Source: a virus. Taken from it: DNA of 64,000 nt. This document shows, piece by piece, positions 9,633 through 19,032 of the stretch; the first letter of the stretch is position 1, and the number at the start of each line of letters is the position of its first letter. A program made the translations under genes and the position numbers. The DNA lies in IMG/VR virus record IMGVR_UViG_3300032331_002067, positions 36,002 to 100,001 of that record. One strand, 5' to 3'. The notes under the pieces were generated by a model. It was not told the origin of the DNA, did not search any database, and worked only from the letters and a program-made list of their open reading frames with translations.

Positions 9633-10049
9633 ATGACGAACAATCATATTAAAAGAAAACAGTTTATAGAAGCTGCTCAAAAGTTATGTAATCCAATTGT
9701 GGAATTGACTATTGCTTGGCAAGAGTTATCTAGTGAAGATAATGGAGAGACATCAATTGATTATCCATTTATTGGATCTTTTGATGAATGGGTTTATTCT
9801 TACAATGAATGGCTAGATAAGTTAGAAGAGAAGTTCTCGATAAAAACAGATGATTTCAAACCAACAATTACGGTTAAAGATTTGAAAACAATTTTGGATA
9901 AATTAGATGATGACATTCAGATAGTTATACGAGATGAAAAATCAGATTGGTGGTTGAACATTGAATCACTTGAATTACCAGATGAAGATAATGGAAGCTT
10001 CACACTTACATTTAATCCAAAAGACAATTTTGATAACAGACAATTCTAA
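9633..10049 (+). CDS. hypothetical protein
   Basis: 138-aa ORF with RBS. Confidence 0.65.
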   Translation: MTNNHIKRKQFIEAAQKLCNPIVELTIAWQELSSEDNGETSIDYPFIGSFDEWVYSYNEWLDKLEEKFSIKTDDFKPTITVKDLKTILDKLDDDIQIVIRDEKSDWWLNIESLELPDEDNGSFTLTFNPKDNFDNRQF

Positions 10050-10062
10050 AGAAAGAAATAAG

Positions 10063-10320
10063 ATGAGAACAAATATGAGCTGGTCAAATGATGATATTGA
10101 AGTACAAGATCATTATATTGAGACAGAGAACTATGAAGCATTAGCAATTTTCCATGCAGATTGTGCAAGTCAATTAATGCTGTCAATGAAACCAAAAGAA
10201 GGTGTATTTTATAACACGACTCCTTTCCCTTTTATTGAAGCACAAATTCATGCACAACTATCAACAACATTTGCAACACTTGCAATTAGTAGAGGAGTAG
10301 AAACCAATGAGAAAAAGTAA
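10063..10320 (+). CDS. hypothetical protein
   Basis: ORF in a dense cluster. Confidence 0.55.
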   Translation: MRTNMSWSNDDIEVQDHYIETENYEALAIFHADCASQLMLSMKPKEGVFYNTTPFPFIEAQIHAQLSTTFATLAISRGVETNEKK

Positions 10321-10510
10321 AATGGTAAAGCTAATCATTGAAGCAATTCAAAGACCCGGAGAAGATTATACAGATGGAGAATGTATGGATGAAGTTATCC
10401 AAATTGTAGAGAAAGCCGGTTATGACTTTAAATGGGATGAATGGCATAAATCACAAGATAAGAGTGCTGGTTATAGATTAATGCCAGTATCAGAATACAG
10501 GAGAGATTAA
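10307..10510 (+). CDS. hypothetical protein
   Basis: GGAG RBS, overlaps the previous ORF. Confidence 0.6.
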   Translation: MRKSKMVKLIIEAIQRPGEDYTDGECMDEVIQIVEKAGYDFKWDEWHKSQDKSAGYRLMPVSEYRRD

Positions 10511-10657
10511 ATGAGTAATGATGCTTATTTTGAAGCAGCAATGGATAATTATGAAGAGGAAGATGATGAGTATGAATCGGAAGATATTGATGAAGATGAA
10601 GAAGAAGGTTATTGCCCAGCCTGTGGTTTTCCAAATTGCAGCGGATTTTGTTTATAG
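10511..10657 (+). CDS. small acidic protein with a C-terminal CPAC...C...C cluster
   Basis: 48-aa ORF below the track cutoff; GGAG RBS. Confidence 0.5.
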   Translation: MSNDAYFEAAMDNYEEEDDEYESEDIDEDEEEGYCPACGFPNCSGFCL

Positions 10658-10669
10658 GAAGGAAACATT

Positions 10670-10876
10670 ATGACTAAGTACAAGATATACGAATTATACA
10701 ATTATACATTGACTTACAATGTTGAAGCAGAAAGCGAAGAACAAGCAATAGAGCTAATGCAAGATGATCCTTATGAATATAGGGATTTTGAATTAGAAGA
10801 TAACGAAGAACACAATATGGTTTATAGGATTATAGAGAAAGTAGTAGAAAATGAAGAAGCTATTCGTAGTAACTAG
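10670..10876 (+). CDS. hypothetical protein (VEAESEEQA-type family)
   Basis: resembles ORFs at 10851, 12846 and 14584. Confidence 0.6.
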   Translation: MTKYKIYELYNYTLTYNVEAESEEQAIELMQDDPYEYRDFELEDNEEHNMVYRIIEKVVENEEAIRSN

Positions 10877-11033
10877 GTTTTATCATTATGCAGAAATGTA
10901 TGATGTTGAAGCTGAAACAGAAAAAGAAGCAATTGAAAAATTAGAAGAAGGATTCTTGAGTGGTGAATTTGATGAGCCAGATGATATCTATCAAGAGTTT
11001 GATTTTTATGAAGCACAGGAGATAACAAAATGA
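10851..11033 (+). CDS. hypothetical protein (VEAETEKEA-type family)
   Basis: resembles the 10670 ORF. Confidence 0.6.
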   Translation: MKKLFVVTRFYHYAEMYDVEAETEKEAIEKLEEGFLSGEFDEPDDIYQEFDFYEAQEITK

Positions 11034-11317
11034 ATTCAATAGAAGCACTAGAAATATACCAAAAGATTGCAAGAGCAGATTGGTATTACAACTATTGTGA
11101 TGATTATGGTGCATTTTTAAAAGGTCAGGCTTCTTGCAGTGCTGTTAAATCTTTTATTGATAAAAGAGAATGGTCACAAGATGATGTTGAAATGATTAGA
11201 AATGAAGCAATGAACGCAATTGCATTAGATACAAGAAGTGATGAAGAATCGAAGAATAAAAGAGTTACTTGGTGGAATGAAAAGATCGACCAATTATTTA
11301 AAGGGAAAGTACAATGA
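11030..11317 (+). CDS. hypothetical protein (ADWYYNYCDD), paralog of 11831
   Basis: shared ADWxYxYxDDY..x.G motif. Confidence 0.65.
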   Translation: MNSIEALEIYQKIARADWYYNYCDDYGAFLKGQASCSAVKSFIDKREWSQDDVEMIRNEAMNAIALDTRSDEESKNKRVTWWNEKIDQLFKGKVQ

Positions 11318-11826
11318 CATTAATTACAAACGATTATGAAGCATTTGTGTTCATCAAAAATCATTTGCTTACGCAAAATGCAAAATCAATAGAAGACAAT
11401 GGTGATTGTTTATATCGAGGATATTCTCAAGAAAAAATTAATGAATTGAGAGATAGTGCTCATATTCTTGCCAAAGAAGAGTATGACATTGAGGAAGTTG
11501 GTTCATCATATTTTGATGATACTTACAATGATATTTTTCGTGAACTTGTACTTCAAACAGTTCCTGACGCAATGTGTGCAGTGGGTTGTATTGTTTTAGA
11601 TGACTTTTATGATTCCGAAATGGAAGGAAAAACAATTGAGTTTGAAGAATATGTTTGGGACTCTGTTGTTAAATCAAATCCTGCTTGGAAAATGACGGAA
11701 TCATCATATCGTTTGCTACAGAAATTGCAATCTATTCACGATACACATGAAGTAGATAGCTGGGAAGTTAATCTATCTCTATTGAATGTACAATTTGATA
11801 AATACGGTGACTACACAGGAAGATAA
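11314..11826 (+). CDS. hypothetical phage protein
   Basis: HLLTQ..KS...CLYRG...CAVGC...LQSIHD motifs. Confidence 0.65.
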   Translation: MTLITNDYEAFVFIKNHLLTQNAKSIEDNGDCLYRGYSQEKINELRDSAHILAKEEYDIEEVGSSYFDDTYNDIFRELVLQTVPDAMCAVGCIVLDDFYDSEMEGKTIEFEEYVWDSVVKSNPAWKMTESSYRLLQKLQSIHDTHEVDSWEVNLSLLNVQFDKYGDYTGR

Positions 11827-11830
11827 TGAA

Positions 11831-12097
11831 ATGATTACAGAAAAACAAGCCATTGATTGGTCAATTAAAATTAGAGATGCAGATTGGAATTATCATTATA
11901 TTGATGATTATGTATCTTGGAATAGAGGTAGAGAAGAATGTCTTAGTGTCTACAATGACGCAAAAATAGCAAAACTTACTGATGATGATATTCAATTAGT
12001 TGTTGATGTCTTTCTTTCAGCAAGACAAACCAATACAGAAGAATATATCCAGACACAAACACAATTCATTACAGATATTTTTACAAGGAGTAGATAA
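11831..12097 (+). CDS. hypothetical protein (ADWNYHYIDD), paralog of 11030
   Basis: shared motif. Confidence 0.6.
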   Translation: MITEKQAIDWSIKIRDADWNYHYIDDYVSWNRGREECLSVYNDAKIAKLTDDDIQLVVDVFLSARQTNTEEYIQTQTQFITDIFTRSR

Positions 12098-12235
12098 TGG
12101 AAAACGAACAGTCAAAAAATAAAAATAGTCGGTTCTCAAATAAACTTGATGCCGACCCAGTTGATTTTGGATTTACAAGGTCTGAAATTATGAAAATCCG
12201 TGGCTATGAACCAAAGAAAAAGAAAGCAAAAAAGA

Positions 12236-12466
12236 ATGGAAACTGACGATGAAGTGTTCCCTGAACGAATCAATGTAATGAAAGTTATTACATATGATGT
12301 TGAAGGCATTAGACAACAGATTGTTGCAGATAATGGAGAAGTAACTTTAGAAGAAGTTATGGACAGAATATATCTTTATGCAAAAGATGACTTTAGCTGT
12401 GGCTGGGGTCATGAAGCAAATATAAGAGATCTTATTTTTACAGATGAGAACGGAGAAGAGTACTGA
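12236..12466 (+). CDS. hypothetical protein
   Basis: coupled ORF. Confidence 0.55.
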   Translation: METDDEVFPERINVMKVITYDVEGIRQQIVADNGEVTLEEVMDRIYLYAKDDFSCGWGHEANIRDLIFTDENGEEY

Positions 12467-12648
12467 TGGAAATTGAAGACATTAGCCAAGATGTTTATTT
12501 TGCATTTGGTGAGGATTGGGCAACTGTTTATTATCAAGATAGAGCTGTTCAAAAGTTTAGCGGAAGCGATTCCTTTGATAAAGCAAAACAACTAGCTGAC
12601 CGTTTTAGTAGGTTAGGTAATACTTTGGAGGTAAGAGATGTTAGTTAA
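12466..12648 (+). CDS. hypothetical protein
   Basis: coupled ORF. Confidence 0.55.
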   Translation: MEIEDISQDVYFAFGEDWATVYYQDRAVQKFSGSDSFDKAKQLADRFSRLGNTLEVRDVS

Positions 12649-12853
12649 ATACACAATTCATAGAATTGATACACCAAAACTTGCAATTAAAAATCACTGG
12701 ACTGATGAAGCTAGTGAATACTGGAATAATGAAGATGGTTGGGGTCATAAATCAACTGCAACCGTCTTTGAGGATAAATATTACAATCTTCCATTAGATG
12801 GAGAATGGGTTGAAATTTATATAAATGAGCCAGTAGGAGAATACAGTGCTTAA
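12638..12853 (+). CDS. hypothetical protein
   Basis: GGAGGT RBS. Confidence 0.6.
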   Translation: MLVKYTIHRIDTPKLAIKNHWTDEASEYWNNEDGWGHKSTATVFEDKYYNLPLDGEWVEIYINEPVGEYSA

Positions 12854-13037
12854 AACATACACAGTAACAGCAACCGGAACATATTTTATTCAGGCAGCTA
12901 ATGAAATTGAAGCCCAAGACATTATCTACGAAGCAATGTTAGGCAATGGAGATACCAGTATTTTAGGTTGGGGCGAAATTCATTACGACATGAAAACAGT
13001 AGAGGGTTTTCATACAACTATAGAAAGGGTTGATTAG
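12846..13037 (+). CDS. hypothetical protein
   Basis: AGGAG RBS, GTG start. Confidence 0.55.
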   Translation: MLKTYTVTATGTYFIQAANEIEAQDIIYEAMLGNGDTSILGWGEIHYDMKTVEGFHTTIERVD

Positions 13038-13039
13038 AA

Positions 13040-13297
13040 ATGGCTCATTATTATTACTTGGTTTATTTTGACGAGGAAACAAAAGAATGGATTCACGATG
13101 TTGATTCAGAAGAAATTCGCCTAGAAGGTAAGACTATTTGGAATACTGAAACGGAAGAATGGGAAAGTGGATACCTTGGAGATGGTATCTGGAATGATAA
13201 ACAAGACAAGACTGATGAGATTATGAATGATGGACTTCAATATCTAAATCGTATCTCAGCAGTTTGGCATCTAAAAAAGGAAAAAAATGGAAACTGA
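13040..13297 (+). CDS. hypothetical protein
   Basis: 85-aa ORF. Confidence 0.6.
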   Translation: MAHYYYLVYFDEETKEWIHDVDSEEIRLEGKTIWNTETEEWESGYLGDGIWNDKQDKTDEIMNDGLQYLNRISAVWHLKKEKNGN

Positions 13298-13706
13298 TTA
13301 TAAAACAGAGTTCAAGTTTGAATATACAAATACATGCACCTGCACATTCTATGACGAAGATAAAGATGAATATCTTGAATCATCAGATTGTTATGGAGAT
13401 TGTTGGGAATTTGTATTAGAAGACTTTAGTAATATCACAAAGAGTTTGTTTGATAAAAATGACACTCTGTGGTGGAAAGTATCTAATTTGAGATTATGGA
13501 ATGGAGATACTTCAGGATTTGCTCACGCAGATACGCCGGCAAAGTTAATCCAAGCTATGACAGTAAATAGCTCTTGGACAATTACAGGAATAGTAATGGA
13601 TGATCATATTGAATATTCATTATCTCATCATGATGCCCCAACGGGAAGTAATACTCTATTATCAATTGTTACAGAAGAAGAAAGAGAAGAATGGGGGTTG
13701 TACTGA
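13287..13706 (+). CDS. hypothetical protein
   Basis: 139-aa ORF with SHHDAPTG motif. Confidence 0.65.
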   Translation: METDYKTEFKFEYTNTCTCTFYDEDKDEYLESSDCYGDCWEFVLEDFSNITKSLFDKNDTLWWKVSNLRLWNGDTSGFAHADTPAKLIQAMTVNSSWTITGIVMDDHIEYSLSHHDAPTGSNTLLSIVTEEEREEWGLY

Positions 13707-14107
13707 TGAAATTTGATATTGAATGGCTAACCGAGAATGAGCCGAAACAAAGAACTGATGTTTTCTATTGTGAAGGTTATCACCATAGTCCAGTTTGTTT
13801 TATAACCGGGAATAAAAGAAAAGTTTTAATCTCTTGTGATGGTGAAATGACAATTAGATATAAGCATAGTGTCTTGAAAAACTTTTGGGACTTATTAGGT
13901 CATGGTATCAAAACAGATTCAGATTTAAAAAAGTTAGATCATGATAATTATGATGATGAACCTTGGTTTGCAGCCTATGACATTACTAATAATTATGATG
14001 AAGTAGCAGGACATGAGACTTATGATGATTTAGGAATCATTGAAGGAAATCTTGATGAAATGATCAAGCTAGTAAAAGAATATCTTATAAAAGGAGAATA
14101 CAGATGA
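13706..14107 (+). CDS. hypothetical protein
   Basis: coupled ORF. Confidence 0.6.
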   Translation: MKFDIEWLTENEPKQRTDVFYCEGYHHSPVCFITGNKRKVLISCDGEMTIRYKHSVLKNFWDLLGHGIKTDSDLKKLDHDNYDDEPWFAAYDITNNYDEVAGHETYDDLGIIEGNLDEMIKLVKEYLIKGEYR

Positions 14108-14442
14108 AAGCAATATTAATAACACCGGAAAATGAAATTGAAGTCCTTGATGAGGACTTTGATCTCAAGACAATTCAAAGCTATTTGGGAGGCTGGATTG
14201 AAGTTGTAAACTTTGGTCCGGATAATCCACATTTCTTTGCTTATATTAACGAAGAAGGAAAACTCAATGGTTTGCCAGAAAATGAGATTGTAACTACATT
14301 TTGGTATAACTCAGGACAGCAGATTTTATTGGGAGATGTCATTGTAGGAAATGCATTGTTTTTTGGTCAAGTAGATGATGAGGGGAATGAGACAGATGTT
14401 CCTGATGATTTGATTGAGTTCTTTCGGATGATAAGAAAATGA
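14104..14442 (+). CDS. DUF3846-like protein
   Basis: L..IQ.YLGGWIEVV...INEEGKL.GLP.N...D.IVG.A. Confidence 0.8.
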   Translation: MKAILITPENEIEVLDEDFDLKTIQSYLGGWIEVVNFGPDNPHFFAYINEEGKLNGLPENEIVTTFWYNSGQQILLGDVIVGNALFFGQVDDEGNETDVPDDLIEFFRMIRK

Positions 14443-14583
14443 GTAATAATGAACCATTTGAGTGGGGTATTCTTTGCACAAAATGCGAAGGACAAGCTGT
14501 GCCATTAGGCAAAATTGGCGACCTCAATTATTATAAATGCACAGATTGCGGAATGGATTACGCATACGAACATAGGGAATATA

Positions 14584-14730
14584 ATGAAAAAGTATAGAAT
14601 AAGCGTATGGGCTTGTATTGAAGTTGAAGCTAAAGATTTAGAAGATGCATTAGATCAAGCACACGATGCAGTCATAGGCTGTAATATAAAAACAAACGAA
14701 TTTGAATTCGAAGCAGAAGAAATAGATTAG
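14584..14730 (+). CDS. hypothetical protein
   Basis: IEVEAKDLEDA family motif. Confidence 0.5.
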   Translation: MKKYRISVWACIEVEAKDLEDALDQAHDAVIGCNIKTNEFEFEAEEID

Positions 14731-14742
14731 AAAGAAAATAAA

Positions 14743-15228
14743 ATGTCATTAAATTGGTCAACACAAAAAGTAGAATACTTTAAACAAAACCCAGACGAGC
14801 TTTGGGTAAAGTATCGTAAAGGAACACCTGAAGAATACGAAGATGTAAATGCTGAAACAAAAGCGTTGATTTTTGGCTCAATGGCTCTTGGGCTTGGAAG
14901 TATTACAGAAAAAAATGCTTCCGAATGGTATGCAAGATGGAAAATGTATGAGAAATATGATGGATTTTCATTGTATGCTATGTTCAAAGAAGATGGCACA
15001 TATGAAGACATCTATTTAACCCCAGAAGTTATCCTAAAGCATATTGGATTAGGTATGAATGTTTCTGACGAAACAACAGCAAATTGGTGCAAGCGTTTTA
15101 GTAAGCCTAGATATAAAGAAGAAACTGACCGACCTACTTTTGTTCAAGCAAAAGCTATGGTTATTGTTTTGAAAATGGAATTTGATTCCTTAATCAAAGA
15201 TCTCAATAAAGAAATGGAGACAGTATAA
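14743..15228 (+). CDS. hypothetical protein
   Basis: 161-aa ORF; MSLNW and HIGL..NV motifs. Confidence 0.65.
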   Translation: MSLNWSTQKVEYFKQNPDELWVKYRKGTPEEYEDVNAETKALIFGSMALGLGSITEKNASEWYARWKMYEKYDGFSLYAMFKEDGTYEDIYLTPEVILKHIGLGMNVSDETTANWCKRFSKPRYKEETDRPTFVQAKAMVIVLKMEFDSLIKDLNKEMETV

Positions 15229-15443
15229 TGGCGGGTAAGAAACCAGCTAAAGTTAATTCAGCTACACAGAAAGAAAAGGTAACGATACAGCCCGGAAAAG
15301 CTGTAAAGTATCTTAGTTTAGTAAAAGGTGCAAATCCTTTCGTCTGTCCTACTTGTAATCGTAATCTATTTAAAGGGATTCTTTATGAGCACGATAATAA
15401 GACATACTGCAAGCGTACCTGTATCCCAAAAGTGGAGGCATAG
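15228..15443 (+). CDS. small basic Zn-finger-like protein
   Basis: CPTC...YCKRTC. Confidence 0.6.
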   Translation: MAGKKPAKVNSATQKEKVTIQPGKAVKYLSLVKGANPFVCPTCNRNLFKGILYEHDNKTYCKRTCIPKVEA

Positions 15444-15445
15444 TA

Positions 15446-15730
15446 ATGAATTTAGGAAGCCTTAGTATCTTTAGAAACTCTCTTCAAATCAGAGAGTTTG
15501 CTAGAGGATATATTGCAGCAATGCCATTACAAAACAAATACCAAGATGAATATGATGAATGGCATGCATTCTCTGATGATATCGATATTAACTTCTATGT
15601 TATAGATGGATACATTAGGGCAACGGCTTATAAAGTCATTGATTCAATGATAGATACAGATCAAGAAGAATTGATCTACGAAGAAAAACTACTACTCAAA
15701 CAACTAATCAAGAAAGAAACCTATAAATGA
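15446..15730 (+). CDS. hypothetical protein
   Basis: GGAGG RBS. Confidence 0.6.
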   Translation: MNLGSLSIFRNSLQIREFARGYIAAMPLQNKYQDEYDEWHAFSDDIDINFYVIDGYIRATAYKVIDSMIDTDQEELIYEEKLLLKQLIKKETYK

Positions 15731-15996
15731 GTAAAACAAAGAACCTAAAGACAACGACAGAATTTCCATGTGGTCAAATGATTACAACAGTCAGAACCAT
15801 GACTGATAAAGAAATGTTGGAAGAAGGTTGGGAGCGTAGGCATTATGAAAGCGTGAACCCAACTTGTTTTGTATTATCTGATGGATCTATTCTTTATCCT
15901 TCTTGTGATGAAGAAGGTAACGGACCGGGAATGTTTTTTGGAATAGTTGATGGAAGCCATATTGCTATCTCTTTAACAGAGAAAATTAGCTCATAA
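15727..15996 (+). CDS. hypothetical protein
   Basis: PSCDEEGNGPG motif. Confidence 0.65.
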   Translation: MSKTKNLKTTTEFPCGQMITTVRTMTDKEMLEEGWERRHYESVNPTCFVLSDGSILYPSCDEEGNGPGMFFGIVDGSHIAISLTEKISS

Positions 15997-16051
15997 AGTT
16001 GAGATTAATTGTCCTAATACAATAGGATAATTGTCATAAGGATTATATAAA

Positions 16052-16092
16052 GAAAGGAGGGGTATGCGTAAATCGTGTACCTCTCCTTTTAT
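16052..16092 (+). terminator. probable intrinsic terminator
   Basis: AAAGGAGGGGTATGCG/CGTGTACCTCTCCTTTT hairpin. Confidence 0.55.
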
Positions 16093-16222
16093 AATCCATT
16101 ACAGAGCCTCTGAGTGGGCTATGAAGTAAAGCTGGAAGGAGCTTTAATGAGGATATTAATTCAATACGGACTCATAGGATTAGCTATGTTTCTAATTTAT
16201 ACATTTGTCAAAGGAGACTGAC

Positions 16223-16462
16223 ATGAAGAAAAATCCAATGGTGAAGGTAAAACTAAGCCGATTAGATCTCGAAATCTTAGGCGAAGCCTTAGTTGAATCA
16301 GAGAGGGTTGTTCACATACTTGGTGATGAAGAATATATCGCTAGGTATAACCATATTGCCGATGTGATAGCTGACCGAATGGTAAATCTTTATAAAAAGA
16401 GAGAAAAAGCCAAAAAGCGTAGATTCCGGTATCAGAAAGTAAGGTTTGGACTATGGGGCTAG
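16223..16462 (+). CDS. hypothetical protein
   Basis: AAGGAG RBS. Confidence 0.6.
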   Translation: MKKNPMVKVKLSRLDLEILGEALVESERVVHILGDEEYIARYNHIADVIADRMVNLYKKREKAKKRRFRYQKVRFGLWG

Positions 16463-16464
16463 TT

Positions 16465-16680
16465 ATGGAATGGAAAATGACAAAAGACTACAAAATAGAT
16501 AGGGATGTATCAACATCAATTGAACAGATTGAGTTTGTACATAGCCTAATCCAAGAGCTAGAGAATAAAGGGGTCGAATTGCCGATGGGTGATTACAACC
16601 TTATTTATGACTATATTGAGGGGGCTAGAGATATCCTTATGGAATACGAAGAAACAATGGATTTCGAGGAGGAATCATGA
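16465..16680 (+). CDS. hypothetical protein
   Basis: ORF in cluster. Confidence 0.55.
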   Translation: MEWKMTKDYKIDRDVSTSIEQIEFVHSLIQELENKGVELPMGDYNLIYDYIEGARDILMEYEETMDFEEES

Positions 16681-16776
16681 CTTATTACGAATGTGAAGAA
16701 TGCAGCAGAACGCTGTCTATAGAAGAAATAAATTATGGGCACGATTGTGAGCCAAAAGAGGAAAGTGGAGTTATTT

Positions 16777-16941
16777 ATGACCCAAGCAAAAGAAGCTATT
16801 AATATGACCCATAGTCATTATTGGAAATGTACGGATATTCCGGGCTATTTCTTATGTGAATGTGGGGCTATGTCCAGACACAATAGAGAAACCGGATCAA
16901 AAGAGATTTGGAGCCTTGAATCGGAAGGTGGCGAAATATGA
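16777..16941 (+). CDS. small His/Cys protein
   Basis: HSHYW.C...CECG; GGAG RBS. Confidence 0.5.
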   Translation: MTQAKEAINMTHSHYWKCTDIPGYFLCECGAMSRHNRETGSKEIWSLESEGGEI

Positions 16942-17106
16942 TACTAATAGACTTTCTATGTCTTATCCTGCTATATACGATTCACCGTTTGGTAGCCCAA
17001 AAGCCAAATGATGCCTTTGGGAATATGATGTTCTTAATCCTTGCGGGGTTCGGGTTCCTATTCTTATTCCTAGATGTAATTGAAAAGATAAAGGGATTGT
17101 TCTGAG

Positions 17107-17295
17107 ATGATAAAGAAGAAGATTGATCCAAGTGATCGGCGGGAATATTTCTATGGAGAAAGTGTACATGAATATATCGGGGTTCTTGTAGAGATGATTC
17201 TAAAGATAGAAGAGTCTAAAGAGATAGGGAATCTAGATAAGGATCGTATAAGAGTTCTATTAACTGATTCTATTTCTATTCTGAACGAGTATTAA
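17107..17295 (+). CDS. hypothetical protein
   Basis: last ORF of the + arm. Confidence 0.5.
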   Translation: MIKKKIDPSDRREYFYGESVHEYIGVLVEMILKIEESKEIGNLDKDRIRVLLTDSISILNEY

Positions 17296-17329
17296 CACAC
17301 AGGTATATACACATATCTGTGGATTACAT

Positions 17330-17338
17330 TGTGGATAA
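17330..17338 (-). promoter_or_regulatory. DnaA box (TTATCCACA)
   Basis: TGTGGATAA on +; 1-mismatch boxes at 17305-17313 and 17318-17326. Confidence 0.6.
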
Positions 17339-17433
17339 GCTACCCGTATAGATACCGTATAGTAGCAATCATGTAGTAAGCGCTCAACATGGCGCAAATA
17401 TATACTAATTAGTAGTTAGTAACATAGCAATTA

Positions 17434-17478
17434 AAAGCCTTAGAGGTAAGTTAAATCTTATCTTTAGGGCTTTTTTTT
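17434..17478 (+). terminator. intrinsic terminator ending the left arm
   Basis: AAAGCCTTAGAGGTAAG/CTTATCTTTAGGGCTTT followed by T8. Confidence 0.75.
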
Positions 17479-17562
17479 GTGCCTAAAATCAGCATAAAGT
17501 AAAGAATAATCGATAAAAAACGATCAAAACATAGCAAAAACATACTATTTTGTATCAAAACA

Positions 17563-17578
17563 TCGAACATTTGTTCGT
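17563..17578. promoter_or_regulatory. actinobacterial/Gram-positive LexA (SOS) box
   Basis: TCGAAC-ATTT-GTTCGT versus the consensus TCGAAC-N4-GTTCGA. Confidence 0.65.
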
Positions 17579-17582
17579 ATGT

Positions 17583-17591
17583 TGTGGATAA
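17583..17591 (-). promoter_or_regulatory. DnaA box (TTATCCACA)
   Basis: perfect TGTGGATAA, 4 bp from the LexA box. Confidence 0.6.
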
Positions 17592-18315
17592 CTTCGGATA
17601 TGTACTAAAATTAAAGGTAAAGTTAAAGAAAAACAGCCTACATTAGAGAGCTGAATGCGTATTCGCCGGCTTTGTTCTATCTATAGCTATCTCTATCCCT
17701 ATATATAAGCTAGAAGACTATCTAACCCGGAACTTTGCGGGAAAGCTCATAATTTGAGAATGTATAAGTGCCCCTTACCCTATATATATCCCTAGCTATA
17801 AAGTAAATAAGAATATTTGAAGGTATTTACCCCGATAGTTAATGTATTAGAGAATGAGGTAGAGAATGTGATAGTAGATATCCCAAATGCCGGCGATAAT
17901 AATGTGAAAGTTACGGGCTTGTAATTTGAGTCATATATTCACCTATATATGTACAGATATACCTAGGGGAATAGATAAACCAATAGCCCCGTCTTATTCC
18001 TCAGACCCCATAATTTGAAAGGGATACTGATCCCTTACCCTTATCTTAAATTGAAATAGAAATTTAAACTTAATAAAAGAAAGATTCATCATGATTAGTA
18101 AATTCATTAAATTAATGAGAAAATTAAAGTTAAATTTAATTGGTGTCCAAAACGCTGAAGCGTTTATGGTACCCCAACCATAATTTGAAAGTTAAGGTGG
18201 TCCCTTACCGTATAGGTATCGTTTGGAGAATGTATTAAATTAATAAGAAAGATAAAGGTAAACGAAACTGGTGTTCAAGTGCTTTAGCACGCCCAGAACA
18301 CCAGCGATTTTGGGC

Positions 18316-18342
18316 AAAAAAAAACCACGCCTTTCGGCGTGG
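18316..18342 (-). terminator. cassette A terminator
   Basis: minus strand CCACGCC-GAAA-GGCGTGG-T9. Confidence 0.85.
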
Positions 18343-18378
18343 AAAAAACTTTCGTTTATTTTTTCGGTTTCACTTTCG

Positions 18379-18729
18379 CTAAGCGTTCGCCTTGCGAGAG
18401 ATAACCATTCTGCCATCGTCAAGCCAGTTGATTTGGATTGCAATCCCCAACTTTTCCGAAACACTTTCGGCACGATTTCGGTATTTCATCTTTTCGGCTT
18501 GAATCTTCGTTGAATCTTGGTTGAGATTCACCGTTGCTTCAGACCAAACGAATGCGTCACCGATTTCGTTGGGGTCTAATGACAGAATGTCTGTCGCCAA
18601 TACAGGGTTTTCGTATGGGGGTTTCCCACGCTTGACCAACTTGGATTGGATTTCGGAAAGGTTTACCTTTTGGTTTGCCTTTTTGGGTTTGTCGCCTGCG
18701 TTATCGCTCGGCATGGTTGTTGTAGCCAC
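18379..18729 (-). CDS. small protein, KRG(K/R)PP...KMKYRNR family (cassette A)
   Basis: leaderless GTG 6 nt after TATTAT; close paralog of 19033-19365. Confidence 0.75.
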   Translation of the reverse strand: MATTTMPSDNAGDKPKKANQKVNLSEIQSKLVKRGKPPYENPVLATDILSLDPNEIGDAFVWSEATVNLNQDSTKIQAEKMKYRNRAESVSEKLGIAIQINWLDDGRMVISRKANA

Positions 18730-18735
18730 ATCTAC

Positions 18736-18767
18736 ATAATACGAATGGGCTTGGGTTATGTATTCAA
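18736..18767 (-). promoter_or_regulatory. cassette A promoter
   Basis: TTGAATACA-N17-TATTAT. Confidence 0.75.
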
Positions 18768-18974
18768 TAATCGTAAATAATAGACCCAGAACGGCGGGCG
18801 CACGAAGTTCGCTGAAGCTCTCCGCACGCCCGTCATGATTTGAATGGTAATTTGAATCCTTACGGAGATCCTTACCATGATTTGAAAATGTGAATGAAAT
18901 TTTACTCATAGCTACACCGGTAGAAGCTGGCGTTCAAGTGCTTTAGCACGACCCGAACGCCAGCGATTTTGGGC

Positions 18975-19001
18975 AAAAAAAAACTCGCCCCGAGGGGCGA
19001 G
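18975..19001 (-). terminator. cassette B terminator
   Basis: CTCGCCC/GGGCGAG stem followed by T9. Confidence 0.85.
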
Positions 19002-19032
19002 CCAAAAAAACTTTTTTTGTGTGGGGGGGATG

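Larger units (their letters stand above)
17748..18876 (+). repeat. iteron-like bipartite direct repeats TAATTTGA-N13/14-YCCTTACC (4 copies)
   Basis: copies at 17748-17779, 18009-18039, 18179-18209 and 18846-18876; half-site at 17921. Confidence 0.75.

Noticed and set aside
18730-18909. Long N-terminal extensions of cassette ORFs in the track (18379..18909, 19608..19961)
   Set aside because: They run through the conserved promoter and spacer, and paralog alignment supports the shorter starts.
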